A DNA stretch of 64,000 bases from a virus (lineage: Duplodnaviria; Heunggongvirae; Uroviricota; Caudoviricetes). The stretch lies in IMG/VR virus record IMGVR_UViG_3300042922_000906, positions 40,054 to 104,053 of that record; one strand, 5' to 3'. The first letter of the stretch is position 1. Each line of letters opens with the position of its first letter. This document shows positions 54,733-64,000 of the stretch, in pieces. Below the pieces are notes generated by a model. It did no database searches, had not been told where the DNA came from, and saw only the letters and a list, made by a program, of their open reading frames with translations. A program made the position numbers and the translations under genes.

Positions 54733-55126
54733 TGAAAAAATCTTGCAACTAAGAGATCAAATTAAAGTAAAGAAAGAAAAGCTTAAAAATAAAAAGAAGT
54801 TTATTCCTGTTACAAATTGTTCAATTGAGGTAGATGGAGTAAGAAACAATCTCCAAGTGTTAACAAAAGAACTATTAATTTCATTGGCAGTTAAATTAAA
54901 TGCTTATAAAATGTCTGCTGAAGATTTGGGGTTAGCAGATGAATATACTATATCTGGTTATAAACTTGAAGATTGGATAACAGATATTAAGTTAAAACTT
55001 GAGGTTATAGCTCAGAGGGAAGAAGAATCTAAACTTCAGGCATTAGAGACCAAATTACATGTTTTACTTTCTAATGATAAGAAGGTTGAACTTGAAATTA
55101 GTGAGATTGAATCAATGTTGAAATAG
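54716..55126 (+). CDS. coiled-coil hypothetical protein
   Basis: ORF of 136 aa overlapping the previous gene by 17 nt. Confidence 0.35.
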   Translation: MNNPNDEKILQLRDQIKVKKEKLKNKKKFIPVTNCSIEVDGVRNNLQVLTKELLISLAVKLNAYKMSAEDLGLADEYTISGYKLEDWITDIKLKLEVIAQREEESKLQALETKLHVLLSNDKKVELEISEIESMLK

Positions 55127-55150
55127 TCGTATACATATGGGAGGGCAGTA

Positions 55151-55438
55151 ATGTCAAACTTTGAAACCATAGAAGAAAGAGTTCAGCATTTGCTGGAAAC
55201 TTATCCTTCAACCAGAGAATCAGATCATGCTTTATATATCAAATATTTCAAACAGTATATACATAATGAGTTTAATGAAATTAACTTTATTCAAGCCGCA
55301 CAAAGTTTTGAAGGGTTATCAAGAGCGAGGCGTAGAGTGCAAGAGAAATATCCTGAATTAACCGATGAAGCAACTGTTATAAAACGTACTGAATTAGAAC
55401 AACAATATAAAGATTATTATTCAGGTAATTTTAATTAA
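55151..55438 (+). CDS. hypothetical protein
   Basis: ORF of 95 aa with a GGGAGGG SD. Confidence 0.35.
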   Translation: MSNFETIEERVQHLLETYPSTRESDHALYIKYFKQYIHNEFNEINFIQAAQSFEGLSRARRRVQEKYPELTDEATVIKRTELEQQYKDYYSGNFN

Positions 55439-55456
55439 AATATTATAATATAATTA

Positions 55457-55485
55457 TTGACAAGTTTTGATTGCTTATGTATAAT
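55457..55485 (+). promoter_or_regulatory. sigma-A-type promoter (TTGACA, 17 nt spacer, TATAAT)
   Basis: Consensus hexamers. Confidence 0.5.
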
Positions 55486-55585
55486 AAAATCGAGGATTAT
55501 GTCCTTTAAAGATTTTAAACTGAAACATTATAATATAAAAACAAAGTTAGCGGTTCGCAACCAATAGCGAGAAAGAGGTAAATAA

Positions 55586-55810
55586 ATGGCAAATGGAATT
55601 TTTACAATTGAAACTACAGGTAAAGAAATTAAGGGAAAAGAAGTAAAGGTTGTAGCAGAAGGAGTAGCTGATGAGGAACTTGGCGAAGTTGTAAAGTTTT
55701 CAGATTTGTTTAAGGCATTTGAAGGACAGTATGTTAATTTTTCAATTAAGGTTACTGCAAAGTTAGAAGATAAGTTTGAAGCACCTGAAGATGAGGAGAA
55801 TAAGGGATAA
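55586..55810 (+). CDS. hypothetical acidic protein
   Basis: ORF of 74 aa with an AGAGG SD. Confidence 0.35.
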   Translation: MANGIFTIETTGKEIKGKEVKVVAEGVADEELGEVVKFSDLFKAFEGQYVNFSIKVTAKLEDKFEAPEDEENKG

Positions 55811-55811
55811 T

Positions 55812-56102
55812 ATGTTAAAAAAGAAAAATCAAATTGTGGTTCTTACAGAAGAACAAAAAGTTCAGAATGTTATTAATCATTATAGTTCAGAATTGGCGTC
55901 ATTACAGAATGAATCTGACAATATACTGGATGTATTTAAAAATACTGTAAAAAGACTTGAAAATATTAATTCTAAGATTGATAGTAAAGTATCGAGTATT
56001 GAGATGCAGATGGAGAAGATGGCAGAAATAAAAGCTGCGTTAGTGGATTCAAAAGCAGCTAATGAAAAAGTTAAAGCTAGGTTTGTAGATTTCTTAGCAT
56101 AA
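55812..56102 (+). CDS. coiled-coil hypothetical protein (start at the internal ATG)
   Basis: The tracked ORF starts at 55776 inside the upstream gene. The ATG at 55812 follows its stop. Confidence 0.3.
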   Translation: MLKKKNQIVVLTEEQKVQNVINHYSSELASLQNESDNILDVFKNTVKRLENINSKIDSKVSSIEMQMEKMAEIKAALVDSKAANEKVKARFVDFLA

Positions 56103-56154
56103 TACATAAGAAAGGAAAGTAAAATAATGCAAGCATTTAGAAAGGAGGTTTACA

Positions 56155-56742
56155 TTGGATAGACTAAAAATTTTTGAAACAGAATTAGGATACATAAGGA
56201 ATGGGAAGATTAGAGAGTTTGTAGAAAAAGCATTAAACAAATTGCCAGATTATTTCTTTACAATGGCCGCAAGTACATCAGGTAGATTTCATCCTAAATT
56301 CAGTTTAGGAGAAGGTGGTTTGGTAAGACACACACAGGCAGCTGTGAGAATTGCCGTTGATCTAACTAGTTTAGAAATGATGAAATATACAGATATAGAA
56401 AAGGATATAATTATAGCTGCCCTTATACTACACGATGGTATGAAGTGTGGTGAGAATGGTACTGGAACGGTTTTGTTGCATCCAACTATTATGGCAGCTT
56501 TTATTGATGAAAATTCTGAACTAAGCACAATGTTAGAATCTGAAATTCTTGATAAAATTAAGGGATGTATTTCAAGCCATATGGGTGAATGGGCATATGA
56601 TTATAAAGATAAGTTTAAGAAAAATCAATTACTTCCTAAACCAAAGAATAAACTTGAAAGTATAGTTCATCTGTCAGATTATTTATCTTCAAGAAAATAT
56701 TTATCAGAATTTGATTTTGATTTAGCTGTTCCAAGACGTTAA
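56155..56742 (+). CDS. HD-domain phosphohydrolase (TTG start behind AAGGAGG)
   Basis: ALILHDGMK gives the HD motif, with downstream His and Asp residues. Confidence 0.5.
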   Translation: MDRLKIFETELGYIRNGKIREFVEKALNKLPDYFFTMAASTSGRFHPKFSLGEGGLVRHTQAAVRIAVDLTSLEMMKYTDIEKDIIIAALILHDGMKCGENGTGTVLLHPTIMAAFIDENSELSTMLESEILDKIKGCISSHMGEWAYDYKDKFKKNQLLPKPKNKLESIVHLSDYLSSRKYLSEFDFDLAVPRR

Positions 56743-56786
56743 CTACAATAATATAATAATATATAAGAAAGAGGTAATGAATTAAT

Positions 56787-58019
56787 ATGGCAAAAAAAGA
56801 AGAAAAGTTAGCTCTAAAAAAAGGTAAGGCTCAATTTATGCTTGTTGGAGAAGCAAAGGTTGGAGATTATACTTTCACAATTGATAAGGAGTCTGATAAG
56901 TCAGATTGGATTTACAATCAAATGAATGTCGGTGTTGATTGTGGAAATGGTAATGTAATCTATGCTGATATGATGGGTGGATATGGTTCTGAAAGAGACA
57001 ATGTAGTTTATGTTCATGGTACAAAAGATAAAGACGGTAAGACAGTAGAAGATTTTGAAAATAAATTTACTATTGATTGGGACGATAGGGATAATGAAGA
57101 TATCTTAGCAACAGTTGGAGAATCATGTTATATCAAGGTGGGTCTTGAAAAAGATGCTAAAGATAAAACATTTACAAAAAAATTTCTATCAGCTTATGAT
57201 GCTATTGAATATATTCAGCAACATCTTGAAAGCGGAATGGTTATAAATGTAAAAGGTAATTTAAAGTATCAACCATACAACGATAGTGTTAATGTTAAAA
57301 AGGAAATTACTTCAATATTCTTATCTAAAGCTAAACCCGAAGAATATAAGGCAGTATTTACTCAGACCATTCTTTGTGATGGAGATTCTGTGGGAAAGGT
57401 AGATAAGGAAAAGGCAGCATTCCCTATAACCGCATATGTAGTTGATTATGTTGGAAAATACGAAGGACAGGAAATAAAGAAGAGTCTTGCATTTTCAAAG
57501 ACATTTGAGCTTGAAATTGATAAGGCAAAACCTGAAAATACTAAGAAACTTATTCAGAAAATGTTCACACCTGCTAAAAAAAATACTCTAGTTGAAACAA
57601 CCATAGAAGGGGAGTTTCTTGAAGGTGCTAGTGTTGTTAATATCACAATTGATGATTTGCCAGATGATATTAAAGAACTAATTGAACTCAATGTACTTAC
57701 CGAGGAAGAAGCCTTAAATAAGTGTGCTATTGGTGGAAATAAAGAAAAGAGAATGATTATAAAGAAACCACATATTACTTTTGAAGGTGAAGGAGATACA
57801 AAAGTTCCTGTTCTTGCAATCAATAAAGATAAGTATAAAGAAGATGATCTGGTTTTTTTATCTCAATTTATCGACGAAAATGATGAACCACCATTTGAAG
57901 AAGAAGAGAAAAAGGAAACTAAAACAAACAAATCATCAAATACATCTAAAAATTCAAAACCAGAAGAAACCGAAGAAGATACTAGTGAAGATGATTGGAT
58001 GAAATTATTGGATGATTAA
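56787..58019 (+). CDS. putative ssDNA-binding protein with an acidic C-terminal tail
   Basis: 410 aa ending ...EETEEDTSEDDWMKLLDD. It heads the helicase/primase module. The family call is weak. Confidence 0.3.
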   Translation: MAKKEEKLALKKGKAQFMLVGEAKVGDYTFTIDKESDKSDWIYNQMNVGVDCGNGNVIYADMMGGYGSERDNVVYVHGTKDKDGKTVEDFENKFTIDWDDRDNEDILATVGESCYIKVGLEKDAKDKTFTKKFLSAYDAIEYIQQHLESGMVINVKGNLKYQPYNDSVNVKKEITSIFLSKAKPEEYKAVFTQTILCDGDSVGKVDKEKAAFPITAYVVDYVGKYEGQEIKKSLAFSKTFELEIDKAKPENTKKLIQKMFTPAKKNTLVETTIEGEFLEGASVVNITIDDLPDDIKELIELNVLTEEEALNKCAIGGNKEKRMIIKKPHITFEGEGDTKVPVLAINKDKYKEDDLVFLSQFIDENDEPPFEEEEKKETKTNKSSNTSKNSKPEETEEDTSEDDWMKLLDD

Positions 58020-58020
58020 T

Positions 58021-58048
58021 AGTAAGAAGGATCAATCCCCTTCTTACT
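58021..58048 (+). terminator. 10-bp perfect hairpin (AGTAAGAAGG/CCTTCTTACT) after the stop; terminator candidate without a clear U-tract
   Basis: Inverted repeat read directly from the sequence. Confidence 0.35.
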
Positions 58049-58070
58049 ATCCAAAATATTCTGGTGATAT

Positions 58071-58763
58071 ATGGGGAGATTAAAAGATTTAACAGGAATG
58101 AAATTTGATAGACTTACTGTAATTGAAAGAGATGGTAGTAATGCGCATAAAAAAGCAACTTGGTTTTGTAAATGTAACTGCAATGGTAATATTAAGTCTT
58201 ACATTGGTTCACAATTATTAAATGAAAACACAAAATCATGTGGATGTTTACAAAAGGAAAAAGCATCTCAATCAAATAAAAAATTTAATATATATGATTT
58301 ATCAAGCAAATATGGTGTAGGTTGGACTACAAATACAAACAAAGAATTTTATTTTGATTTAGAAGATTATGATAAGATAAAAGATTATTGTTGGTTTGAA
58401 CAGAATGAATACATTGTTACTAAATGTAATAATATAACATTATTTCAACATCGTTTAATTATGGATGCACCAGATGATAAATCTATAGACCATATATATC
58501 ATAAAACTTATGATAATAGAAAATCAGAATTAAGACTGTGTACAATTAGTCAAAATGGTTGCAACATGATAAAACCAAGTGATAATACTTCGGGAATTAA
58601 AGGTGTAAGATGGCACAATAGAGATTGTATATGGGAAGCGTTTATTGTGGTAAATAGAAAATATATACATCTTGGTAGATTCAATATATTTAAAGAAGCA
58701 GTAAAAGTGCGTAAAGAAGCAGAGGCATTATATCATGGAGAATTTAGATATAAAGTGAAATAA
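58071..58763 (+). CDS. HNH homing endonuclease with an AP2 domain
   Basis: HNH core SIDHIYHKTYDNRKSELRLCTISQNGCN. AP2 segment SGIKGVRWHNRDCIWEAFIVVNRKYIHLGRFNIFKEAVKVRKEAEALYHGEF. Confidence 0.8.
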   Translation: MGRLKDLTGMKFDRLTVIERDGSNAHKKATWFCKCNCNGNIKSYIGSQLLNENTKSCGCLQKEKASQSNKKFNIYDLSSKYGVGWTTNTNKEFYFDLEDYDKIKDYCWFEQNEYIVTKCNNITLFQHRLIMDAPDDKSIDHIYHKTYDNRKSELRLCTISQNGCNMIKPSDNTSGIKGVRWHNRDCIWEAFIVVNRKYIHLGRFNIFKEAVKVRKEAEALYHGEFRYKVK

Positions 58764-58790
58764 TATAATATGAAAAGAGGTAAATAATTA

Positions 58791-59768
58791 ATGGCATTTA
58801 GAAAAGCCGGTGAAAAGAAAATAGGTGGTAAATTTTTAGTATTTGGTGACACAGCTTCTGGTAAAAGTTTTTTTACACTTACATTTCCTAAAGTAGCAAG
58901 TATAGATAGTGAAGCAGGTGTAGCTCATTATGAAGGTAGAGATATTGAAATTGCAGGTAAAAAATATAATAATCTTGTAATGGTGGATAATACAGCAGAC
59001 CTTGATGAACTAGAAGATAATATTGATGCACTTTCTGATGGGGATTATGATGGGCAAATTGAAACATTATCTATAGACAGTGAAACTAAGTTCTATAATA
59101 CAATGCAGGTTGGAGCGATGGAGGTAGAAGAACGTAGAGCAAGAAAAACTGGCGCTGATGTAGATGATCAAACAGTTAGTACTAGACAATGGGGTCGAAT
59201 CAAACTAATAAATATGAAGCTTCAACAAGTTAAAATTGATTTGTCAGCAAAAGGGATAAATGTAATTTCTGTAGCTCAAGGAACTGATGAAAGAGATAAA
59301 AAAGATAGTGATAAAATTATTGGTGAAAAACCAGATATGCACAAATCAGCTAAATTTGATTATGATACCATTCTAAGATTTTATAAAGAAAAAGATAAGA
59401 AAACAAGTGAAATTAGATACTTGACAGAAGTCTTAAAAGATAGAACAGAGGTTACTAAAGAAGGGCAAATTTTAGAAAATTGCACATTTGATATTTGGAA
59501 GAATTATTATGCAAAGAAAAATAATCTAGAATCTATGAAAACTACATATGCAAAAGATTTAAAATCATCTACTGAAAGCATGATTGATGATGCGGATAAA
59601 GCTGAAGAATTAGTTAAGAAAATAAAAAATCTTCTTAAAACTACATCGGCAGATAATCAAAAAGCAATTGGTAAGAAAATGAGAGATTTAGAAATTAACA
59701 TCAAAGACCTTTCCCTCAATCCTTCAGAAAAACTTACTGAAGTCCTGAAATTTGCCGAAGCACTGTAA
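58791..59768 (+). CDS. P-loop ATPase (phage AAA_24 / Sak4-like RecA-fold candidate)
   Basis: Walker A KFLVFGDTASGKS, and a Walker B-like LSIDSE. Confidence 0.4.
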   Translation: MAFRKAGEKKIGGKFLVFGDTASGKSFFTLTFPKVASIDSEAGVAHYEGRDIEIAGKKYNNLVMVDNTADLDELEDNIDALSDGDYDGQIETLSIDSETKFYNTMQVGAMEVEERRARKTGADVDDQTVSTRQWGRIKLINMKLQQVKIDLSAKGINVISVAQGTDERDKKDSDKIIGEKPDMHKSAKFDYDTILRFYKEKDKKTSEIRYLTEVLKDRTEVTKEGQILENCTFDIWKNYYAKKNNLESMKTTYAKDLKSSTESMIDDADKAEELVKKIKNLLKTTSADNQKAIGKKMRDLEINIKDLSLNPSEKLTEVLKFAEAL

Positions 59769-59801
59769 TTCACATCTAAATATTATAAGGGGTTAGTAGA
59801 T

Positions 59802-60317
59802 ATGCTAATCCCTTATAATTCTACAATAGGGAGTGATAAATTGGAAGAAACAAAGAAACGTAAAATGACGAGAACCGAAAAAAATGCTGACTGGCTAGAT
59901 TTATGTGAATATGTTAAAAACATCATATTAGGATACGATGACACAATGGTAATGCCTAAACACTTAATATTTAGATTACAAGGTATGTTTAAAGGTCAAT
60001 TCTTAGGAAATAACAATCTTGATATAAACGCATGGTACGATTACAAAACTATTTTATTAACATTTAAATTCTGCAAAGGTGAAATATTACAAGGTTTTGA
60101 AAAAAATAAGTCATCGTTTACAGATGAAAATCATCGTATTAATTTTATGATGAAGATCATAGATGGTGAACTAAATAATGTGGTAATGAGATTGAAAAAA
60201 GCTAAAAAGTCAGAAGAAAAAACTGAAAATTTACAATTAGATAATCAAATCCATGAAACTGCCGAGTATATACCAAAAAGTAAGATTGTTAATAAAGAAC
60301 TGGAGGAATTGTGGTAA
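59802..60317 (+). CDS. hypothetical protein (possible helicase accessory or loader)
   Basis: ORF of 171 aa whose stop overlaps the helicase start (TAAATG). Confidence 0.35.
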   Translation: MLIPYNSTIGSDKLEETKKRKMTRTEKNADWLDLCEYVKNIILGYDDTMVMPKHLIFRLQGMFKGQFLGNNNLDINAWYDYKTILLTFKFCKGEILQGFEKNKSSFTDENHRINFMMKIIDGELNNVVMRLKKAKKSEEKTENLQLDNQIHETAEYIPKSKIVNKELEELW

Positions 60318-61859
60318 ATGGCAGCAACTAATACAAAAAAGAGAACTACAACTTCTGCAAAAAATAAAACAAAGAAAGAATTAACACCTTACGAAACAGA
60401 ACTTTTATTGGCTGCTACTAAAGTGAAGGAATTTAAATTATCGGCTGAAGCCAATATAGTGTCTATATTTTATAGAAATCCAGAATTATTATATGCTTAT
60501 GATAATCTGAAACTTGAAGATTTCACAAATAATATTTGGAAAGTATTTTTTACAATTGCTCATGACATTATTATAAAAGAAAAAAAGCAATCTCTTGATG
60601 AAATTACTGTCGGTTTATATCTTGAAAAACATGACAAACTCAAAGCTAAGTATGAGGAATACGGTGGATATGACACTATTGAAAAAGCTAAAGAATATGT
60701 AAAAGAAGAAAATATGACAGGATACATAAATGAACTTCATAAGTGGAATGCGATATTACAACTACTTAAAATGAAGTTTCCTGTATATGATAAATTAAGT
60801 GAATTTGCGGATATGAACGCTGAAGAAATTTATGCTTCATATGAATCAAAACTTAATCATATTTTCGTAAATGTTGAAGGAGAAGTAAAGAGTTATAATA
60901 TCGCTTACAATATAAAAGGCTTAATTGAAAAATTAGATGAAGGATTAGCGGTAGGTTTACCTTACTATAATTTGCCTATGATTACAAAAGAGACAGGTGG
61001 TATGTTGTGTGGAAATATAACTTTAATAGGAGCATTGTCAAATGTAGGTAAATCTACATTTGCGAGAAACGGAATATTACAAAGTATAGTTGAAAAAAAT
61101 GAAAAAATTGTAATCATGTTAAATGAAGATGGATTAGAAAAATGGCAGCGTGAATATCTTGTGTGGGTAGCAAATAATATTTATAAATTTGACTTGCAAA
61201 AATATGTAGTGAGAGATGGCAAGTATTCACCAGAAGTAAAAGAAATTCTTTACAAAAGTGCAGAGTGGATTGAAAAACAAGAAGAAAATAAAACTATTAC
61301 AATTATACCTTTTAAAAGATATAAGACATCTCTAGCAATAAAAATAATAAAAAAATATGCTAGTTTGGGTGTAACTCAATTTATGATTGATACATTTAAG
61401 AATGATGCTGGAAAAGTATCAGATAATGCTTGGCTAGATATGATGCAGAATATGGTTGAATTGTATGATGTCGTAAAGCCTGATAGTAAAAATCTACATT
61501 TGACCTGTACATTTCAATTAGAAAAAGGTAAAACTGCACGACAAAGATACTATTCTCAAGATAATATTGGAATGAGTAAAAATATGATTGACCCCGTATC
61601 GACATGTGTAATGCTAAGAAATTTATTTGAGGATGAAAACACAGGTGGGTTAAAAGAGTTAAAAGTATTTAGACTTGAAGGTAAAAACGGGCGTACTAAA
61701 ATTCCTGTGCAATTAAATAGAGATAAAAAATATCAAATTGCATTTATTATCAAAAATAGAGAAGGGTCAGCAAATGAATATCAAATTGTGTTAGAACATG
61801 ATCTGTCAAGAAACACCCTTAAAGAAATTGGTATAGTATCTGTTCCAGTTGATTTTTAA
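60318..61859 (+). CDS. DnaB-family replicative DNA helicase
   Basis: N-terminal helical domain. The C-terminal RecA-like domain has Walker A ITLIGALSNVGKSTFARN and Walker B FMIDTF. Confidence 0.6.
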   Translation: MAATNTKKRTTTSAKNKTKKELTPYETELLLAATKVKEFKLSAEANIVSIFYRNPELLYAYDNLKLEDFTNNIWKVFFTIAHDIIIKEKKQSLDEITVGLYLEKHDKLKAKYEEYGGYDTIEKAKEYVKEENMTGYINELHKWNAILQLLKMKFPVYDKLSEFADMNAEEIYASYESKLNHIFVNVEGEVKSYNIAYNIKGLIEKLDEGLAVGLPYYNLPMITKETGGMLCGNITLIGALSNVGKSTFARNGILQSIVEKNEKIVIMLNEDGLEKWQREYLVWVANNIYKFDLQKYVVRDGKYSPEVKEILYKSAEWIEKQEENKTITIIPFKRYKTSLAIKIIKKYASLGVTQFMIDTFKNDAGKVSDNAWLDMMQNMVELYDVVKPDSKNLHLTCTFQLEKGKTARQRYYSQDNIGMSKNMIDPVSTCVMLRNLFEDENTGGLKELKVFRLEGKNGRTKIPVQLNRDKKYQIAFIIKNREGSANEYQIVLEHDLSRNTLKEIGIVSVPVDF

Positions 61860-61877
61860 AGTAGGTGATTATAATAA

Positions 61878-62954
61878 ATGGACATTACTTCTTTAAAACA
61901 ATACATAGTAGATAATGACAAAGTAGAATTAATAATCAACGATTTATGCTGTCATGGATTTAAAGAATATAATAAAGAGTATCGTTGCGGTTTACCTAAT
62001 CATCGATCTACCTCAACAATTGCAATTAATAAAGAAACATTATCAGTAAAAATTTTTACACCAGATGATAAAACAATCAGAGGTGATATTGTAACTTTAG
62101 TAATGTATATCAAAGATGCCAAATTTATTGAAGCAAATAAATACATTCACAATTTGATGGGTTTAGAATATAAATTTAACTTTAAAGAAAAAGGCGAAGA
62201 AAAGCCAGACCCATTAGCAGTTTTTAAAAAAGTCAAAAGAAGAAAATATCAAGTAAATTTAGATGATATTGAAATTTATGATGAAGAAATTATAAAGGAA
62301 TATATTCCATTACCACATATACTTTGGATTCGAGAAGGAATTCTACCATTTACATGTGAAAAATTTAATATTGGATACAGCGCGGATAAAAAGCGAATCA
62401 TTATACCTGAACGTTATTGGTGTGGGGAAGAAACAGATTATCTTGGAATTATGGGGCGCACAACCATAGAGTCTTATGATATTCTTGATATTCCCAAATA
62501 TTTTCCATTGAAATCTTTCTCTAAATCAATAAATCTATATGGGTTACAAGAGAATTATGACAGTATTCAAAAAGCTGGTTACTGTGTTGTTGCTGAAAGT
62601 CAGAAATCTGTATTAAAAAGACATAGTAGAAAAGATGAGACAGTTGTCTCTATTGGTTGTCATGATATTTCTGACGAACAAGTTAAAATTCTAATAGGCC
62701 TTAATATTGAAATCATAATTGCTTTTGATAAAGGAGTAACTTTACAACACATAAGATATACTTGTGAAAAATTCTATGGACTCAAAGCGGTTTCATACAT
62801 ATGGGATAAATATGATGTTATAGAAAACAAACAAGCGCCCATGGATTTACCAGATAAAACTTATAAATATATGCTTAAATATAAAGTTAAATATGATGAA
62901 AAGGAACATAAGGAATATTTGAAAGAAAGGGAAAAGAATGAGAAAAGATTATAA
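61878..62954 (+). CDS. DnaG-type DNA primase (zinc-binding N-terminus plus TOPRIM)
   Basis: N-terminal CCHGFKEYNKEYRCGLPNH. TOPRIM-like VVAESQKSV...IIIAFDKG. Confidence 0.5.
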   Translation: MDITSLKQYIVDNDKVELIINDLCCHGFKEYNKEYRCGLPNHRSTSTIAINKETLSVKIFTPDDKTIRGDIVTLVMYIKDAKFIEANKYIHNLMGLEYKFNFKEKGEEKPDPLAVFKKVKRRKYQVNLDDIEIYDEEIIKEYIPLPHILWIREGILPFTCEKFNIGYSADKKRIIIPERYWCGEETDYLGIMGRTTIESYDILDIPKYFPLKSFSKSINLYGLQENYDSIQKAGYCVVAESQKSVLKRHSRKDETVVSIGCHDISDEQVKILIGLNIEIIIAFDKGVTLQHIRYTCEKFYGLKAVSYIWDKYDVIENKQAPMDLPDKTYKYMLKYKVKYDEKEHKEYLKEREKNEKRL

Positions 62955-64000
62955 AGAAATTCAAGAAATTGCAAAGAAGATGAATTGTACAGATATATAT
63001 TCATGGAGCAAATATAACACATATATAGGAGATAAATATATTTATTTTCTAAAATATATTTTAAAAATACCAGAAGATAGAAATGATTCAATATATGCTC
63101 CCATGGGAACAGCTTCTCACGATAGCCTAGAAAGCTTTTACTTAGATAAATTTACTCAAGAGCAAATGTCTGAATACTTTGAAGAAAAGCTTTTTGAATT
63201 TACCGTAGGAGGATTAAAATATGATAGAAGTGATGACGAAAAGAATAAGAAAATTGGTGATAAATATGAAGCGTGCTTAAGACACTTTTTTATAAATCAT
63301 CACAGAATTAAAGGTAAACCATTGTTAGAAATATTTATACCTATAAAAATTAAAAACATTCTTTTTCAGGGTTATATAGATTTTATACATAAAGAAGTTC
63401 GTGAAAACAAAGATTTTTATATAGTTACAGATTTTAAAACATCATCAATCTATAAAGGTGAAAAATATGAAAAAGAGAAAGGTCAGCTAATTTTATATGG
63501 GTTGGGTATTCATCAAAAATTAAATATTCCACTTAACCAAATTATTATAAGATGGGCATTTCTTAAATATGTAGAAGTCGAATGTTTACAAGCTAATGGT
63601 AAATGGAAGTCAAGAATAATTGAAAGAAATGATATTGGTGGTAGTTTAGAATCAAGTGCAAAGATGTGGTTAAAAAAATCATCAATTAAACCATCTGAAG
63701 ATGACATAGAGAAATATTTAGAAAGAATCAAACAAGAGAATGCACTAGATTGCCTACCTAATGATGTTAAAGATAAATTTGAAATTAAAGACTGTTATGT
63801 TGAAGTTTCCTTGACTGACGAAAGTATTAAAGAATTAACTGATAATATTGTTAGTACTGTCAAAGAAATTAAGGAGAAAGAAGAAGAGTATGGCAAGACC
63901 AAGAATAGCAGACTGTGGTGGCAGGAAGTTACAGATAAAGAAAGTTATTTTATGAGCAATCTTAGTGGATATAGTTCAAAAATCCATCTTCCATATAAAG
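62928..64000 (+). CDS. PD-(D/E)xK nuclease (RecB/Cas4-like exonuclease), partial; runs off the window end
   Basis: QGYIDFIHKE (motif II Asp), YEKEKGQLILYGLG (E.K plus QhxxY). The frame is open to position 64000. Confidence 0.5.

Noticed and set aside
1-64000. CRISPR arrays, transposases and rRNA
   Set aside because: No CRISPR-like array of short regularly spaced direct repeats, no transposase or IS-type ORFs, and no rRNA-like conserved blocks were seen on either strand. The abundant short repeats are promoter and SD motifs.

Overview
This window reads as 64 kb of a large, AT-rich phage or prophage genome of a Firmicutes (Clostridia/Bacilli-type) host. Coding is almost entirely on the + strand; the only convincing minus-strand gene is 28496..29068. 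Genes are short and tightly packed, with recurring sigma-A-like promoters and a recurring 'ATACATAAGGA' start-proximal motif.

Content in order along the window:

- **1-2 kb:** a TIR-domain protein paired with a small multi-TM protein, a candidate abortive-infection-type module.
- **2-11 kb:** a phage-borne Spo0A homolog, peptide deformylase, a small-alarmone-hydrolase-like HD protein, and a SpoVT homolog.
- **11.7-13 kb:** an XRE repressor and a tyrosine integrase.
- **13.7-15.3 kb:** a possible Agr-like quorum-sensing cassette, comprising an AgrB-like membrane protein, a polytopic membrane protein and a 30-aa Cys peptide, closed by a strong terminator.
- **15.4-18.7 kb:** a MazF/PemK-domain protein and a ParB/DGQHR-like protein with a translationally coupled partner.
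- **19-21 kb:** a 3D-domain cell-wall protein and a macro-domain protein.
- **21.9-24.4 kb:** clpX interrupted by a ~1.17 kb group I intron that carries a LAGLIDADG homing endonuclease.
- **24.4 kb:** a YyaC sporulation-protein homolog.
- **25.8 kb:** an N-terminally truncated RlmN/Cfr-family radical SAM enzyme.
- **32.7 kb:** a canonical tRNA-Gln(UUG) inside a ~680 bp ORF-free region.
- **33-35 kb:** an ATP-dependent DNA ligase followed by the first of three HNH-AP2 homing endonucleases.
- **39-42 kb:** an RNA repair cassette of an Rnl2-type RNA ligase, a pol-beta nucleotidyltransferase and a P-loop kinase fused to an HD phosphohydrolase.
- **48.6-50.9 kb:** an NAD+ salvage or reconstitution pair, Prs-like plus NadV/Nampt-like.
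- **56-64 kb:** a replication module with an HD protein, an SSB-like protein, an AAA ATPase, a DnaB-like helicase, a primase and a partial PD-(D/E)xK nuclease.

No CRISPR array, transposase or rRNA is visible.
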